From Candidatus Anstonellales archaeon (GTDB taxonomy: Archaea; Micrarchaeota; Micrarchaeia; Anstonellales; J096): a stretch of 39,905 bases of DNA. The stretch is from the NCBI GenBank assembly GCA_038740615.1, contig JAVYLQ010000003.1, positions 1-39,905 of the forward strand, written 5' to 3'. The notes below the pieces were generated by a model. The model worked only from the letters and a program-made list of their open reading frames with translations. It was not told the DNA's origin and searched no databases. Below, piece after piece: positions 1-8,847 of this stretch. Numbering within the stretch: position 1 is the first letter of the stretch; every line of letters begins with the position of its first letter. A program made the translations under genes and the position numbers.

Positions 1-256
1 GAGAATATATTAATGTAAAGAATTTATTAATAGCAATAAAATGTTCTCCATCTCTTCTATACTTTATTATAGGATCATGACTTGTCTGATAAGTATGAAC
101 TAATTTATAACTATCAGTAATTTTCTCTATTCTCCTAAAATTCCTGTATATTTCAGATATATGTTTGGATTCTGCTGTTACAAATCCGCAGTAATTCAAC
201 CCGCATCCTGACAGTGAATAGAGAGCCCCTAAGATTAAAAATTCCCTTCTGTTCAT
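1..256 (-). CDS. Partial putative Tat-exported lipoprotein (runs off the left edge)
   Basis: Translated by hand from ATG at 256: MNRREFLILGALYSLSGCGLNYCGF..., open to position 1. It has a twin-arginine motif (NRREFL) and a lipobox-like LSGC. Confidence 0.65.
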   Translation of the reverse strand, partial: MNRREFLILGALYSLSGCGLNYCGFVTAESKHISEIYRNFRRIEKITDSYKLVHTYQTSHDPIIKYRRDGEHFIAINKFFTLIYS

Positions 257-304
257 ATATTAAATTATATCTAAAAATATAAATAAAAAATGAATGGAAA
301 GAGA

Positions 305-1939
305 TTAATCCAGTTCTGTATCAGATCCAGTATCTTTCTTATCTTTAGATGAACCTCCTTTGGAAGCTATTATATCATCTATTCTAAGTATTAATCTAGC
401 TACTTCTGTAGCTGATGCTAGAGCTTGCCTTTTAACTCTGTAAGGTTCTAGCACTCCTACTTTATACATATCATCAACTTTACCTTCTAATACATTAACT
501 CCATAATTTATACCTTCTCTATCTGCATGCTTGGATCTGAGCTCTACGATAGTATCTATAGGATCCATACCAGCATTTTCAGCAAGTGCGGAAGGTATTG
601 ACTCTAGAGCTTCTGCATATGCCTCTACAGCTAACTGTTCTCTACCTCCTAGTCCCTTTGCATATTCTCTTAGTCTCTTAGCTAGTTCTATCTCAGTAGC
701 ACCACCACCGATCACATAGAGGCCATCTTTGAGTACTGATGCTACAGCTCCTATTGAATCTTTAATAGCTCTCTCTACCTCACTAGTAACATGCTCTGTA
801 CCTCCTCTTATAAATATAGTAACACTCTTGGAATCTTTTGCCCCTTCTACAAATATCATAGCTTCTCCCCCCACTTTTCTTTCCTCTACCAGATCAGCAT
901 ATCCTAGATCTTTATCTGTTAGATCTTCTATAGATGTAGCAATTCTTGCACCAGTAGCTCTTGCCAATTTATCCATATCGCTCTTCTTGACTCTTCTTGC
1001 TGCTAGGATACCATTCTTTGCTAGATAATATTGTGCTATATCATCTATACCTTTCTGCACAAATACTACATTAGCTCCAACACTCTTTATCTTATCAACC
1101 ATTCTTCTAAGTATTTCCTCTTCTTTCTTCAGGAATGCTTCTAGTTGATCTGGGGAGGTTATGGATATTCTTGCATCTGTTTCAGTTTTCTCTATTTCAA
1201 GAGGTGCATCTAGTAATGCTATCTTAGCCTTCTCTATTCTCTTTGGCATTCCACTGTGAACTACTTCTTTATCCAACACTATCCCTTTGATGAGTTTTGT
1301 ATCATTTACAGAGCCTCCAGCCTTTTTCTCTATCTTAATCAGATCTAGATCTATTACTATTTTTCCATCAACCTTTTCCACAACATGAGTTACTGCATCT
1401 ACAACCATAGTTGCTATGTGATCCTTATCAATATCGCTTCCTATTCCCTTGCTCCCTAAGGCCACTTTAGCTATTTTCTTCAACTCTTCCTTCTTAGTAA
1501 CGTCTACCTTGCCAGCGATATTAATCAATTCTTCTTGAGCTCTCTTCTCTGCAAGTTCATAACCTCTAACTATAGTAGTTGGATGGATATTTTTGTCTAT
1601 TAACTGACTAGCATTTCTGAGTAAATTTCCTGCTATAACTACAGAGGTAGTAGTTCCATCACCAACCTCCTTATCCTGAGTTTTTGCTACTTCTACTAAC
1701 AGCTTTGCAGTAGGATGATCTACATTCATCTCCTGTAGTATAGTTGCTCCATCATTAGTTATTATTATATCCCCCAAGTCACTGACTAGCATTTTGTCCA
1801 TACCTTTAGGCCCTAGAGTAGTTTTTAGGATCTGGGCTATTGCATAGGCTATTGCTATATTCAATCGCATTGCATCCCTTCCTATTATCCTCTGAGAGCC
1901 TTCAGGCATTACATCTTGAGAAATTTTGTTGTTTGCCAT
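305..1939 (-). CDS. ths: Thermosome subunit (group II chaperonin)
   Basis: Motifs [20 protein letters not shown] and GDGTTT. The likely start is ATG 1939, following a GGTGA SD at 1946-1950. Confidence 0.97.
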   Translation of the reverse strand: MANNKISQDVMPEGSQRIIGRDAMRLNIAIAYAIAQILKTTLGPKGMDKMLVSDLGDIIITNDGATILQEMNVDHPTAKLLVEVAKTQDKEVGDGTTTSVVIAGNLLRNASQLIDKNIHPTTIVRGYELAEKRAQEELINIAGKVDVTKKEELKKIAKVALGSKGIGSDIDKDHIATMVVDAVTHVVEKVDGKIVIDLDLIKIEKKAGGSVNDTKLIKGIVLDKEVVHSGMPKRIEKAKIALLDAPLEIEKTETDARISITSPDQLEAFLKKEEEILRRMVDKIKSVGANVVFVQKGIDDIAQYYLAKNGILAARRVKKSDMDKLARATGARIATSIEDLTDKDLGYADLVEERKVGGEAMIFVEGAKDSKSVTIFIRGGTEHVTSEVERAIKDSIGAVASVLKDGLYVIGGGATEIELAKRLREYAKGLGGREQLAVEAYAEALESIPSALAENAGMDPIDTIVELRSKHADREGINYGVNVLEGKVDDMYKVGVLEPYRVKRQALASATEVARLILRIDDIIASKGGSSKDKKDTGSDTELD

Positions 1940-2049
1940 TTCCAATCACCAATTTAATTAAATATCGTAACTTTTAAAAAGCTTTTTATGATTGTCGAGT
2001 AGATTTATAATATAAACTATTTAAAATTATTCTGATATATCATTAAATT

Positions 2050-3312
2050 ATGTTTGAGGAGGGAAAGAGATTAGTTGTAAAAGGGTGGGTATATAGGATC
2101 AGAAAGTTGGGTGATGATAAGATATTCATAGTATTAAGAAATGCAAAGACCATATTGCAAGGTGTTGTTGATAGATCTCGAGTTGAAGATAGATTGTGGA
2201 AGATTGCTGAGAGTCTCTACATAGAGAGTTCTATACAGATGGGAGGGATAATTGTTGCTGATTCTAGAGCTCCTGGTGGATATGAGTTAAAAGTAGATGA
2301 GCTTGAAGCAATACATGTGGGTGAGCCATTTCCCATATCCAAAGATCAATCGGAAGAATTTCTATTAGATAATCGCCATCTGTGGGTCCGATCTCAAAAA
2401 CTTACAAAGGTATTTCAAGCTCGACACCATCTGATCAGATATTTAGAAGAGTATTTGCATTTGAATGGATTCTATAGGTTTGATCCTCCAATCATAACTG
2501 CATCAGGTGCTGAGGGAGGGGCAGATATGTTTGAGATTGATTATTTTGGTAATAGAGCTTACCTTACGCAGAGTTCACAGATGTATGGGGAGGCAGGAAT
2601 ATTTGCTCTAGAGAGAGTTTATACATTTGCCCCATCTTTCAGAGCTGAGAAAAGTAGAACCAGAAGACATCTAGCTGAATATTGGCATCTAGAACCTGAA
2701 GCTGCATTTGTAGATTGGAGAGAGAATATGAAAATTCAAGAGGGGTTGATAGAGTACGCAGTGCAAAAATTCCTAGCTAATCATCCTGATTTGGTTGAAT
2801 ATTTTGGAATTAGAGATAAGTTAGAGAAGATAAAATCTCCTTTCCCTGTTTTAACATATTATGAAGCTGTTGATATGGTTAATAGGCTTGGAGGAAAGAT
2901 GGAATATGGTGAGGATTTTGGGGCTGATGAGGAAGCATTGATATCATCTCAATATGATAAGCCTGTGTTTATCGTTAAGTATCCAAAGAAGATAAAGGCA
3001 TTTTATATGAAACAGGATCCAGATGATCCGGAACTAGTTCTGAATGATGATATGATCGCTCCATATGGGCATGGGGAGATAATAGGTGGTAGTGAAAGGA
3101 TCTGGGATCTTGAAGAATTAAAATCTAGAATGAGAGAGGTGTCTTTGCCCGAGCAGAATTATCAATGGTATTTGGATTTGCGAAGATTTGGATCAGTACC
3201 ACATTCTGGATTTGGTCTTGGTATTGAGCGATTTATAAAATTTGTACTCAATTTGGATCACATAAGAGATGCAATTCCATTCCCTAGAACAATAAATAGA
3301 TACTATCCATAA
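2050..3312 (+). CDS. asnS: Asparaginyl-tRNA synthetase
   Basis: OB-fold N-terminus (GWVYRIR), motif 2 FRAEKSRTRRHLAEYWHLE, EIIGGSER, motif 3 PHSGFGLGIER. Leaderless start 30 nt after TTTAAA at 2020. Confidence 0.93.
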   Translation: MFEEGKRLVVKGWVYRIRKLGDDKIFIVLRNAKTILQGVVDRSRVEDRLWKIAESLYIESSIQMGGIIVADSRAPGGYELKVDELEAIHVGEPFPISKDQSEEFLLDNRHLWVRSQKLTKVFQARHHLIRYLEEYLHLNGFYRFDPPIITASGAEGGADMFEIDYFGNRAYLTQSSQMYGEAGIFALERVYTFAPSFRAEKSRTRRHLAEYWHLEPEAAFVDWRENMKIQEGLIEYAVQKFLANHPDLVEYFGIRDKLEKIKSPFPVLTYYEAVDMVNRLGGKMEYGEDFGADEEALISSQYDKPVFIVKYPKKIKAFYMKQDPDDPELVLNDDMIAPYGHGEIIGGSERIWDLEELKSRMREVSLPEQNYQWYLDLRRFGSVPHSGFGLGIERFIKFVLNLDHIRDAIPFPRTINRYYP

Positions 3313-3492
3313 CCTTTTTAAATACTTTTTTACAATATAATTATATGCACGCCTTTGTGCAACTCCCGTATCACAATAACTTGTTTATATATAATATGAA
3401 TAATATATCCCCCAAGAGGGGGAGGACAGGATTTCTCATGATTGTTGTTTCTGTGTTTCGTAGGATTTTTGATATTGATAAGGTGATTGGAA

Positions 3493-3891
3493 ATGGAAGG
3501 TGAGGTAATTTTTGCCACAGGTAAAGATCTGAAGGTTGGTAAGTATGTAGTTATAGACGGAATTCCTTGCAGAGTTGTTGAGATAGATGTCTCTAAGCCA
3601 GGAAAACATGGAGCTGCAAAGATGAGAGTGACTGGAATAGGATTGTTTGGAGGTGAGAAAAAAGTATTATTAATACCAGCAGATGCAGAGGTTCAGGTTC
3701 CTGTAATAAAGAAGAGAACCGCTCAGGTGATAAGTGTTCTAGGTGATACTGCACAGGTTATGGATAAGGAAACTTATGAAACCTTTGATGTATTTGTACC
3801 TGAGGAAGTTAAAGAATCTGTCTCTGAAGGTAAGGAAGTAGAGATTGTAGAGGCTATGGGACAGAGACAGATTGTAAGAACATTTAAATGA
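3493..3891 (+). CDS. eif5a: Translation factor aIF5A
   Basis: Hypusination motif SKPGKHGAAK; GGTGA SD before ATG 3493. Confidence 0.96.
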   Translation: MEGEVIFATGKDLKVGKYVVIDGIPCRVVEIDVSKPGKHGAAKMRVTGIGLFGGEKKVLLIPADAEVQVPVIKKRTAQVISVLGDTAQVMDKETYETFDVFVPEEVKESVSEGKEVEIVEAMGQRQIVRTFK

Positions 3892-3907
3892 TACTTGGGT
3901 GATGATT

Positions 3908-4201
3908 ATGAAGACGAAGATAATTGCAAAGAAGATGAATACTATTCTATCTAGGATAGAGTATGTAATAAACATGTCTTTTGATGGAGCTACACCATCC
4001 ATAAAGGATATAAGGCAGAATCTAGTGTCCTATCTAGGTGTTGAGCCAGATAGATTGGTTATAAAAAATATAGAGCAGAGGTATGGTTCTAGAGAGCTGA
4101 AGATAAACTGTTATGTATACGAGAAGATAGAGGTTTTGAAACAGTTAGAACCTGTTTATGTTTTAAAAAGAAACGGTCTTTTGAATTCCGAGCCCGCATA
4201 A
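3908..4201 (+). CDS. rps24e: 30S ribosomal protein eS24
   Basis: NTILSRIE...GATPS...LVIKNIEQRYG...YVY...LEPVYVLKRN matches the eS24 pattern; GGTGA SD before ATG 3908. Confidence 0.88.
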   Translation: MKTKIIAKKMNTILSRIEYVINMSFDGATPSIKDIRQNLVSYLGVEPDRLVIKNIEQRYGSRELKINCYVYEKIEVLKQLEPVYVLKRNGLLNSEPA

Positions 4202-4214
4202 AGAAATATCTAAT

Positions 4215-4263
4215 GTGATGATACCGTTCCAGTCTGATTCGTGATGACCAGAGTAGCTACTGA
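4215..4263 (+). ncRNA. Box C/D 2'-O-methylation guide sRNA 1
   Basis: Box C GTGATGA (4215-4221), 12-nt guide TACCGTTCCAGT, box D' CTGA (4234-4237), box C' GTGATGA (4241-4247), 12-nt guide CCAGAGTAGCTA, box D CTGA (4260-4263). All four boxes are perfect and the spacing is canonical for archaea. Confidence 0.93.
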
Positions 4264-4922
4264 TAAGTTTTATATAACTCTAGGAGTTCTTCTAATGAGA
4301 GTTCATCCGCCCTTCTTTCTGCGTATTTTTCATCAACACCCTTCAGTACATTCTTTAGTTTTTTATTCTTCTGAGTGAATATACTTCTTATAAAATTCTC
4401 AAACCCAGTATCCCTCTCCCTTATTTTCTCTAGCATCACTATAGTAGAGTCTACTTTTGGAATTGGAGAGAAACTATATTTAGATACTCTTCTGAGAGGG
4501 ATAATGTTGAAATAGTATTGGGCCATTACAGATAATCTCCCATATTTTCTATCTCGCTCTTTCATTAACATCTTGTCCACAAATTCGCTCTGAAACATCA
4601 GGATTGCTCTATAAAAATTCCAATCTAGTAATCTAAATAGTATAGGTGAGGAGATATAATAGGGAATATTCCCAACTATCCAATCAACATCAAATGGTTC
4701 AACTCTCAAAAAATCCGCATGAATCACATGATGTGCAATTGTTTCCAACATCTGAATAAATCTAGAATCAATTTCTACTACCCATACCTCTCCCCTACTA
4801 ATCAGGTATCTTGTTAATCTTCCATCTCCCCCACCTATCTCTAGAATTCTCCCAGATACATGTGAGGAGATATACTCTAGAATGCGCCTATCTCTTAGGA
4901 ATACTTGACCTAATTTGCTCAT
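4257..4922 (-). CDS. rsmA: 16S rRNA adenine dimethyltransferase KsgA/Dim1
   Basis: LGQVFL, ILEIGGGDGRLT (SAM binding), GNIPYYISSPIL, YGRLSV, FSPIPKVDS. Confidence 0.95.
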   Translation of the reverse strand: MSKLGQVFLRDRRILEYISSHVSGRILEIGGGDGRLTRYLISRGEVWVVEIDSRFIQMLETIAHHVIHADFLRVEPFDVDWIVGNIPYYISSPILFRLLDWNFYRAILMFQSEFVDKMLMKERDRKYGRLSVMAQYYFNIIPLRRVSKYSFSPIPKVDSTIVMLEKIRERDTGFENFIRSIFTQKNKKLKNVLKGVDEKYAERRADELSLEELLELYKTYQ

Positions 4923-5916
4923 ATGAACTTTTGAGAGGATCTAATATCACATAATCCACCTTTCTTATACTATTTATATCTTTGGATCCTGTGAGAAACA
5001 TTGCCCCTTTAAACTGTTGTATTATAAGATCTAATATATTGCTACTCTTTCCCATAGCCATCTCTAAAAACGGTTTTGCCATACCAAACAGTTCAGCACC
5101 CAGCAGAATAGTCTTGAATCCATCTACACCATTTCTGATTCCCCCACTTGCCAATAGTTTAGCTCTATTGCTATTCATAAGTAACGCTAAAGCAGTTGGT
5201 ATTCCCCAATTCTCAAAACCCTTAGGAGCATCAGGATTTCGCAAATACTCTATCTTAGTCCAACTCGTGCCACCAGCTCCTGCCACATCATAATATGCAA
5301 CTTTACTATCCCTCAATCTATCTATAACGTAATAACTCAGACCAGCCCCAACCTCCTTAACTATCACTCTGGTATCATCAGCTAATTCTACTATTCTATC
5401 CATAACACCATCCCAGTTCAGATCTCCCTCTTTCTGTATTAATTCCTGAGCAGGATTAAGATGAATTGCTATTGCATCTGCTTCTATACTATCCATTGAA
5501 TCCAATATTGTTCTATTAGAATACTCTTTGAGCTGAACTCCACCTATGTTAGCTATCATAAATATATCCTTACCTCTTTTAACATCATATGTGTATTTTA
5601 GATTAGGATTTTTTAGCATAGCTCTTATACTCCCTAATCCCAACGGTATATTATATTTCTCTGCGATATTTGCTAGCTCAGAATTTATCTTGTAAGCATC
5701 ATTAAATCCTCCTGTCATACCTGAAATATATATAGGATAACTAAAATGTTTACCAAAAAACACAACACTAGTATCTATCCTATCGTAATCAATCTCTGGA
5801 AGAGCATTATGAATTGGTATTACGAATTCCAACCATGAGGTTAGATCATACTGCGAATCTGGTCGTAAAGAATTCATTACGTGATCTCTCTTCCTCCTTT
5901 CTATTTCACTATCCAT
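4888..5916 (-). CDS. fni: Type 2 isopentenyl-diphosphate delta-isomerase (FMN-dependent)
   Basis: RRKRDH, ISGMTGG, IHLNPAQE, IVKEVGAG, DVAGAGGTSW, ASGGIRNG. Confidence 0.96.
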   Translation of the reverse strand: MDSEIERRKRDHVMNSLRPDSQYDLTSWLEFVIPIHNALPEIDYDRIDTSVVFFGKHFSYPIYISGMTGGFNDAYKINSELANIAEKYNIPLGLGSIRAMLKNPNLKYTYDVKRGKDIFMIANIGGVQLKEYSNRTILDSMDSIEADAIAIHLNPAQELIQKEGDLNWDGVMDRIVELADDTRVIVKEVGAGLSYYVIDRLRDSKVAYYDVAGAGGTSWTKIEYLRNPDAPKGFENWGIPTALALLMNSNRAKLLASGGIRNGVDGFKTILLGAELFGMAKPFLEMAMGKSSNILDLIIQQFKGAMFLTGSKDINSIRKVDYVILDPLKSSYEQIRSSIPKR

Positions 5917-5938
5917 AATTTAAGATCATCAATAAAGC

Positions 5939-5944
5939 TTTAAA
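5939..5944. promoter_or_regulatory. Shared palindromic TATA box (TTTAAA) between divergent fni and suhB
   Basis: A single TTTAAA lies about 28 nt from ATG 5916 (-) and 31 nt from ATG 5970 (+). Confidence 0.6.
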
Positions 5945-5969
5945 GTTAAACCCTATTTTATATTGAATC

Positions 5970-6713
5970 ATGTATGAAGAGTATTTGAAATTTTCCATGA
6001 ATATAGCTAGAGAAGCAGGAAATATATTGAAGAGATATTTCAGGGATGAACTACAGGAAATGGAAAAGGGAGTTGGGGATTTGGTCACCGAAGCAGATAG
6101 AGCTTCGGAAGAATATTTAATAAGAGCTATAAAGGATAGTTATCCTAATCATGCTATTTTAGCTGAGGAGAGTGGATATAGTGAGGGGAGCGAATATACT
6201 TGGGTGATAGATCCTCTAGATGGGACTACGAATTTTAGACATCATATCCCCTATTTCAATGTGTCAATAGCCTTAGAACACAAGCAAGAAGTTGTTGTTG
6301 GAGTTGTATATAATCCTATTTTAGATGAAATGTTCTATGCTACCAAAGATTCTGAGGCTAGATTGAATGGTAAGAAGATCACACCTGCACAGGATTTAGA
6401 TTTGAAAAATATGTTTATAGGAATATGTCGTGGTAATGATAGATCTAGTAAAGAGGAATTCATCAGATTAACTGAACAGTATGTATTCAAAGCCAGAGAG
6501 ATTAGAAGACTGGGAAGTGCTGCTCTGGAGATATGTTATGTTGCCTCTGGAAGATTGGCAGCATTTATAGGGTTGAATCTTAAACCCTGGGACTATAGAG
6601 CGGCCATGTTGATTGCTGAACGGGCGGGATGTTATCTAATAGATCATGATGATAAAATTGAGGTTTATGGATCTAAAAAGATTGCTGAAAAAATAAAATC
6701 ACAATCATCCTAA
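5970..6713 (+). CDS. suhB: Inositol monophosphatase family protein (SuhB/FBPase)
   Basis: DLVTEAD, ILAEE, WVIDPLDGTTNF, RRLGSAALE, PWDYRAA. Confidence 0.93.
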   Translation: MYEEYLKFSMNIAREAGNILKRYFRDELQEMEKGVGDLVTEADRASEEYLIRAIKDSYPNHAILAEESGYSEGSEYTWVIDPLDGTTNFRHHIPYFNVSIALEHKQEVVVGVVYNPILDEMFYATKDSEARLNGKKITPAQDLDLKNMFIGICRGNDRSSKEEFIRLTEQYVFKAREIRRLGSAALEICYVASGRLAAFIGLNLKPWDYRAAMLIAERAGCYLIDHDDKIEVYGSKKIAEKIKSQSS

Positions 6714-6804
6714 AATTAGTTCGAATCTTTTACAATTCTCTAGGTATACTAATTTTATGTCTGGTTAGATATAATTTAATTATGGATCATTGAGTTTTGT
6801 AAAG

Positions 6805-6875
6805 TGCGGCCACCGGGATTCGAACCCGGGTCTTCAGCTTGGAAGGCTGACATCCTACCACTAGACTATGGCCGC
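6805..6875 (-). tRNA. tRNA-Gly(TCC)
   Basis: Reverse complement GCGGCCA...TCAGC-CT-TCC-AA-GCTGA...GGTTCGAATCCC-GGTGGCCGCA folds as a cloverleaf. No intron and no encoded CCA; TTTAAAA about 30 nt upstream. Confidence 0.96.
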
Positions 6876-6912
6876 TAATCCAATTTTATATCAAACCATT
6901 ATTTTTAAAATC

Positions 6913-8217
6913 CTACAGATATCTTTCATAATCATGAGCTGAATTGTATATTTTAGTATCCTTGATCTCCTGCTGCTTCAGATTCAAATATTCATTTATT
7001 ATCGAAGAGCTTACGAATCCCTTGAGATAATTACGATCAGATTGGAAACTCTCCAGAACTTCCTCAAGAGAATGTGGTAATGTGTCTATTCTCTTTTCTT
7101 TCAGATCTTTTAGACTCATAAGTTTGGGATTTGTAGTAACCTCATACTCTAGGGACATTTTTTTCTTTATACCATCATAACCTGCGGCTAGAATAGCTGT
7201 TAAACCTAAAATAGGATGTGCAGAGCTATCTGGGAATAGCAGTCTTATCTCCCCCTTACCTCTAGTATTTATCTCCACAGCTGTACTAGGATTGTAGCTC
7301 CTAGAATAGCATCTATAGAACCCTTCATTCTGAATTCTCCTATACGAATTGGTAGTTGGATTAGTGAATAGCATAATGCTATTTATATGTTCTAAGATTC
7401 CAGCTACAAAATACCTAACCTCTTCCTTCAAATCTTTATTATCTACAAAATCTCCCACTATTCTCAACTCTAATGAATTACCCTTATGACCTGCGAATAG
7501 ATATGGGATATATGTGATATATGTGCCTGTAGCTGTCCCTAGTGCTCTGGTTATATATTTTATGTCCAACAGACTTTGAGCCGCTCTTATAGGGTCCATA
7601 TGATCCATTACGATTTTATGTTGCGATGGGGAGTAAGAATGGTAATGTGATTCCACGTCATATCTGAATAGTTGGAGATTAGAAACTATCTGTTGCCTAA
7701 GAGCTACGTAAAAATCTGCAGGGTATGATGAGAATATATTTTCCTGCTGAGAATGGTAGTTCATATTCCACTTTCCCTCTTTGGTATCTAGATTGATAGC
7801 AGGTCCTTTATCTTTAGTGATTCTATCTATGTTAACATTCTCTACAATATAGTACTCTATAGCTGGTTGTACAAGGAACTGGATCTGATCCTGGAGGGAT
7901 TCCACTGTTTTCTCTAAACTGCTAAACATATCAAACTCCATAGAGTCATCAGCTAAGTATAATCTGCTCAGAAACCTGGCTGTAAATACATACCACGGTA
8001 TTACCTGATATGTATCTAATTTGGGTTTAAGATAAACCTCCTCTCCGAACATCTGGAATATATCTCTATTAGAATATCCATACTCTAATATGTCTGTATT
8101 AAACCTGGATTTAGATATAAAAACCTCTTTTATCTCTCCAAGTATGTTTGGAAATTGTAATGCTATATACTCTACCCTATCTTCATCCATTCGAGCTTTT
8201 ATCGTTTCTAATTCCAT
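6913..8217 (-). CDS. Glutamine synthetase-like protein, predicted catalytically inactive
   Basis: The GSI scaffold is recognisable end to end (VEYIALQFPNILG, LKPKLDT, IPW, TNPTTNSYRRI, FPDSSAHP, AILAAGYDGI, LPHSLEE), but most metal- and substrate-binding residues are substituted. Confidence 0.85.
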   Translation of the reverse strand: MELETIKARMDEDRVEYIALQFPNILGEIKEVFISKSRFNTDILEYGYSNRDIFQMFGEEVYLKPKLDTYQVIPWYVFTARFLSRLYLADDSMEFDMFSSLEKTVESLQDQIQFLVQPAIEYYIVENVNIDRITKDKGPAINLDTKEGKWNMNYHSQQENIFSSYPADFYVALRQQIVSNLQLFRYDVESHYHSYSPSQHKIVMDHMDPIRAAQSLLDIKYITRALGTATGTYITYIPYLFAGHKGNSLELRIVGDFVDNKDLKEEVRYFVAGILEHINSIMLFTNPTTNSYRRIQNEGFYRCYSRSYNPSTAVEINTRGKGEIRLLFPDSSAHPILGLTAILAAGYDGIKKKMSLEYEVTTNPKLMSLKDLKEKRIDTLPHSLEEVLESFQSDRNYLKGFVSSSIINEYLNLKQQEIKDTKIYNSAHDYERYL

Positions 8218-8268
8218 AATTATGTTAGAATAGATATCCTTAAAAATAGTTGTGCATTAAAACTAATT

Positions 8269-8847
8269 ATGAGACTCTCTTTACCAAATCTTCCATATGA
8301 TTACAGTGCTCTAGAACCAGTGATAAGCAGAGAGATTATGGAATTGCATCACAAGAAACATCATCAGAGCTATGTGGATGGAGCTAATAGAGCTCTTGAA
8401 AAATTGGAGAGATACAGAAAGGGTGAGATTGAGATAGATATTAGAGCAGTACTGAGGGATCTATCTTTCCACATGAATGGACATGAATTACACACTCTAT
8501 TCTGGAACATTATGAGACCAGCTAGAGAAAATAACTCTCCAACTGGTAGAATAGAGGAGATTATACTTCAGAACTATCCATCCTTTCAATCTTTTCAGAG
8601 AGAATTTAGTGATACTGCTAAGAATGTAGAGGGTTCTGGGTGGGCTATAGCATTTGTATATAGTGATAATATAGGTATTATGACTATTGAGAAACATAAT
8701 CTCATGCATATAGCTAATTCTAAAACCATCCTAGCTCTAGATGTATGGGAACATGCGTATTACTTACAGTACAAGAATAATCGGGCAGAATATGTAGATA
8801 AGTGGTGGAAAGTGGTAAATTGGGATGCTATTAACCGATTACTATGA
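8269..8847 (+). CDS. sod: Fe/Mn superoxide dismutase
   Basis: LPYDYSALEP, MELHHKKHH, GSGW, DVWEHAYY. Confidence 0.97.
   Translation: MRLSLPNLPYDYSALEPVISREIMELHHKKHHQSYVDGANRALEKLERYRKGEIEIDIRAVLRDLSFHMNGHELHTLFWNIMRPARENNSPTGRIEEIILQNYPSFQSFQREFSDTAKNVEGSGWAIAFVYSDNIGIMTIEKHNLMHIANSKTILALDVWEHAYYLQYKNNRAEYVDKWWKVVNWDAINRLL

Noticed and set aside
531-1028. Short + strand ORFs (531-719, 729-1028) and similar shadow ORFs elsewhere, e.g. 4982-5293, 10709-11233, 17266-17692, 22276-22572, 23930-24232, 34576-34986, 38811-39014
   Set aside because: They lie antisense to well-supported genes and have no motifs or ribosome-binding context.
3313-3486. SRP RNA or RNase P RNA in the long intergenic gap
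   Set aside because: It lacks the SRP helix 8 motif and the RNase P P4 consensus, and is too AT-rich.
3330-3518. 62-aa minus-strand ORF in the asnS-aIF5A gap
   Set aside because: It starts inside aIF5A on the opposite strand and has no promoter or SD support.
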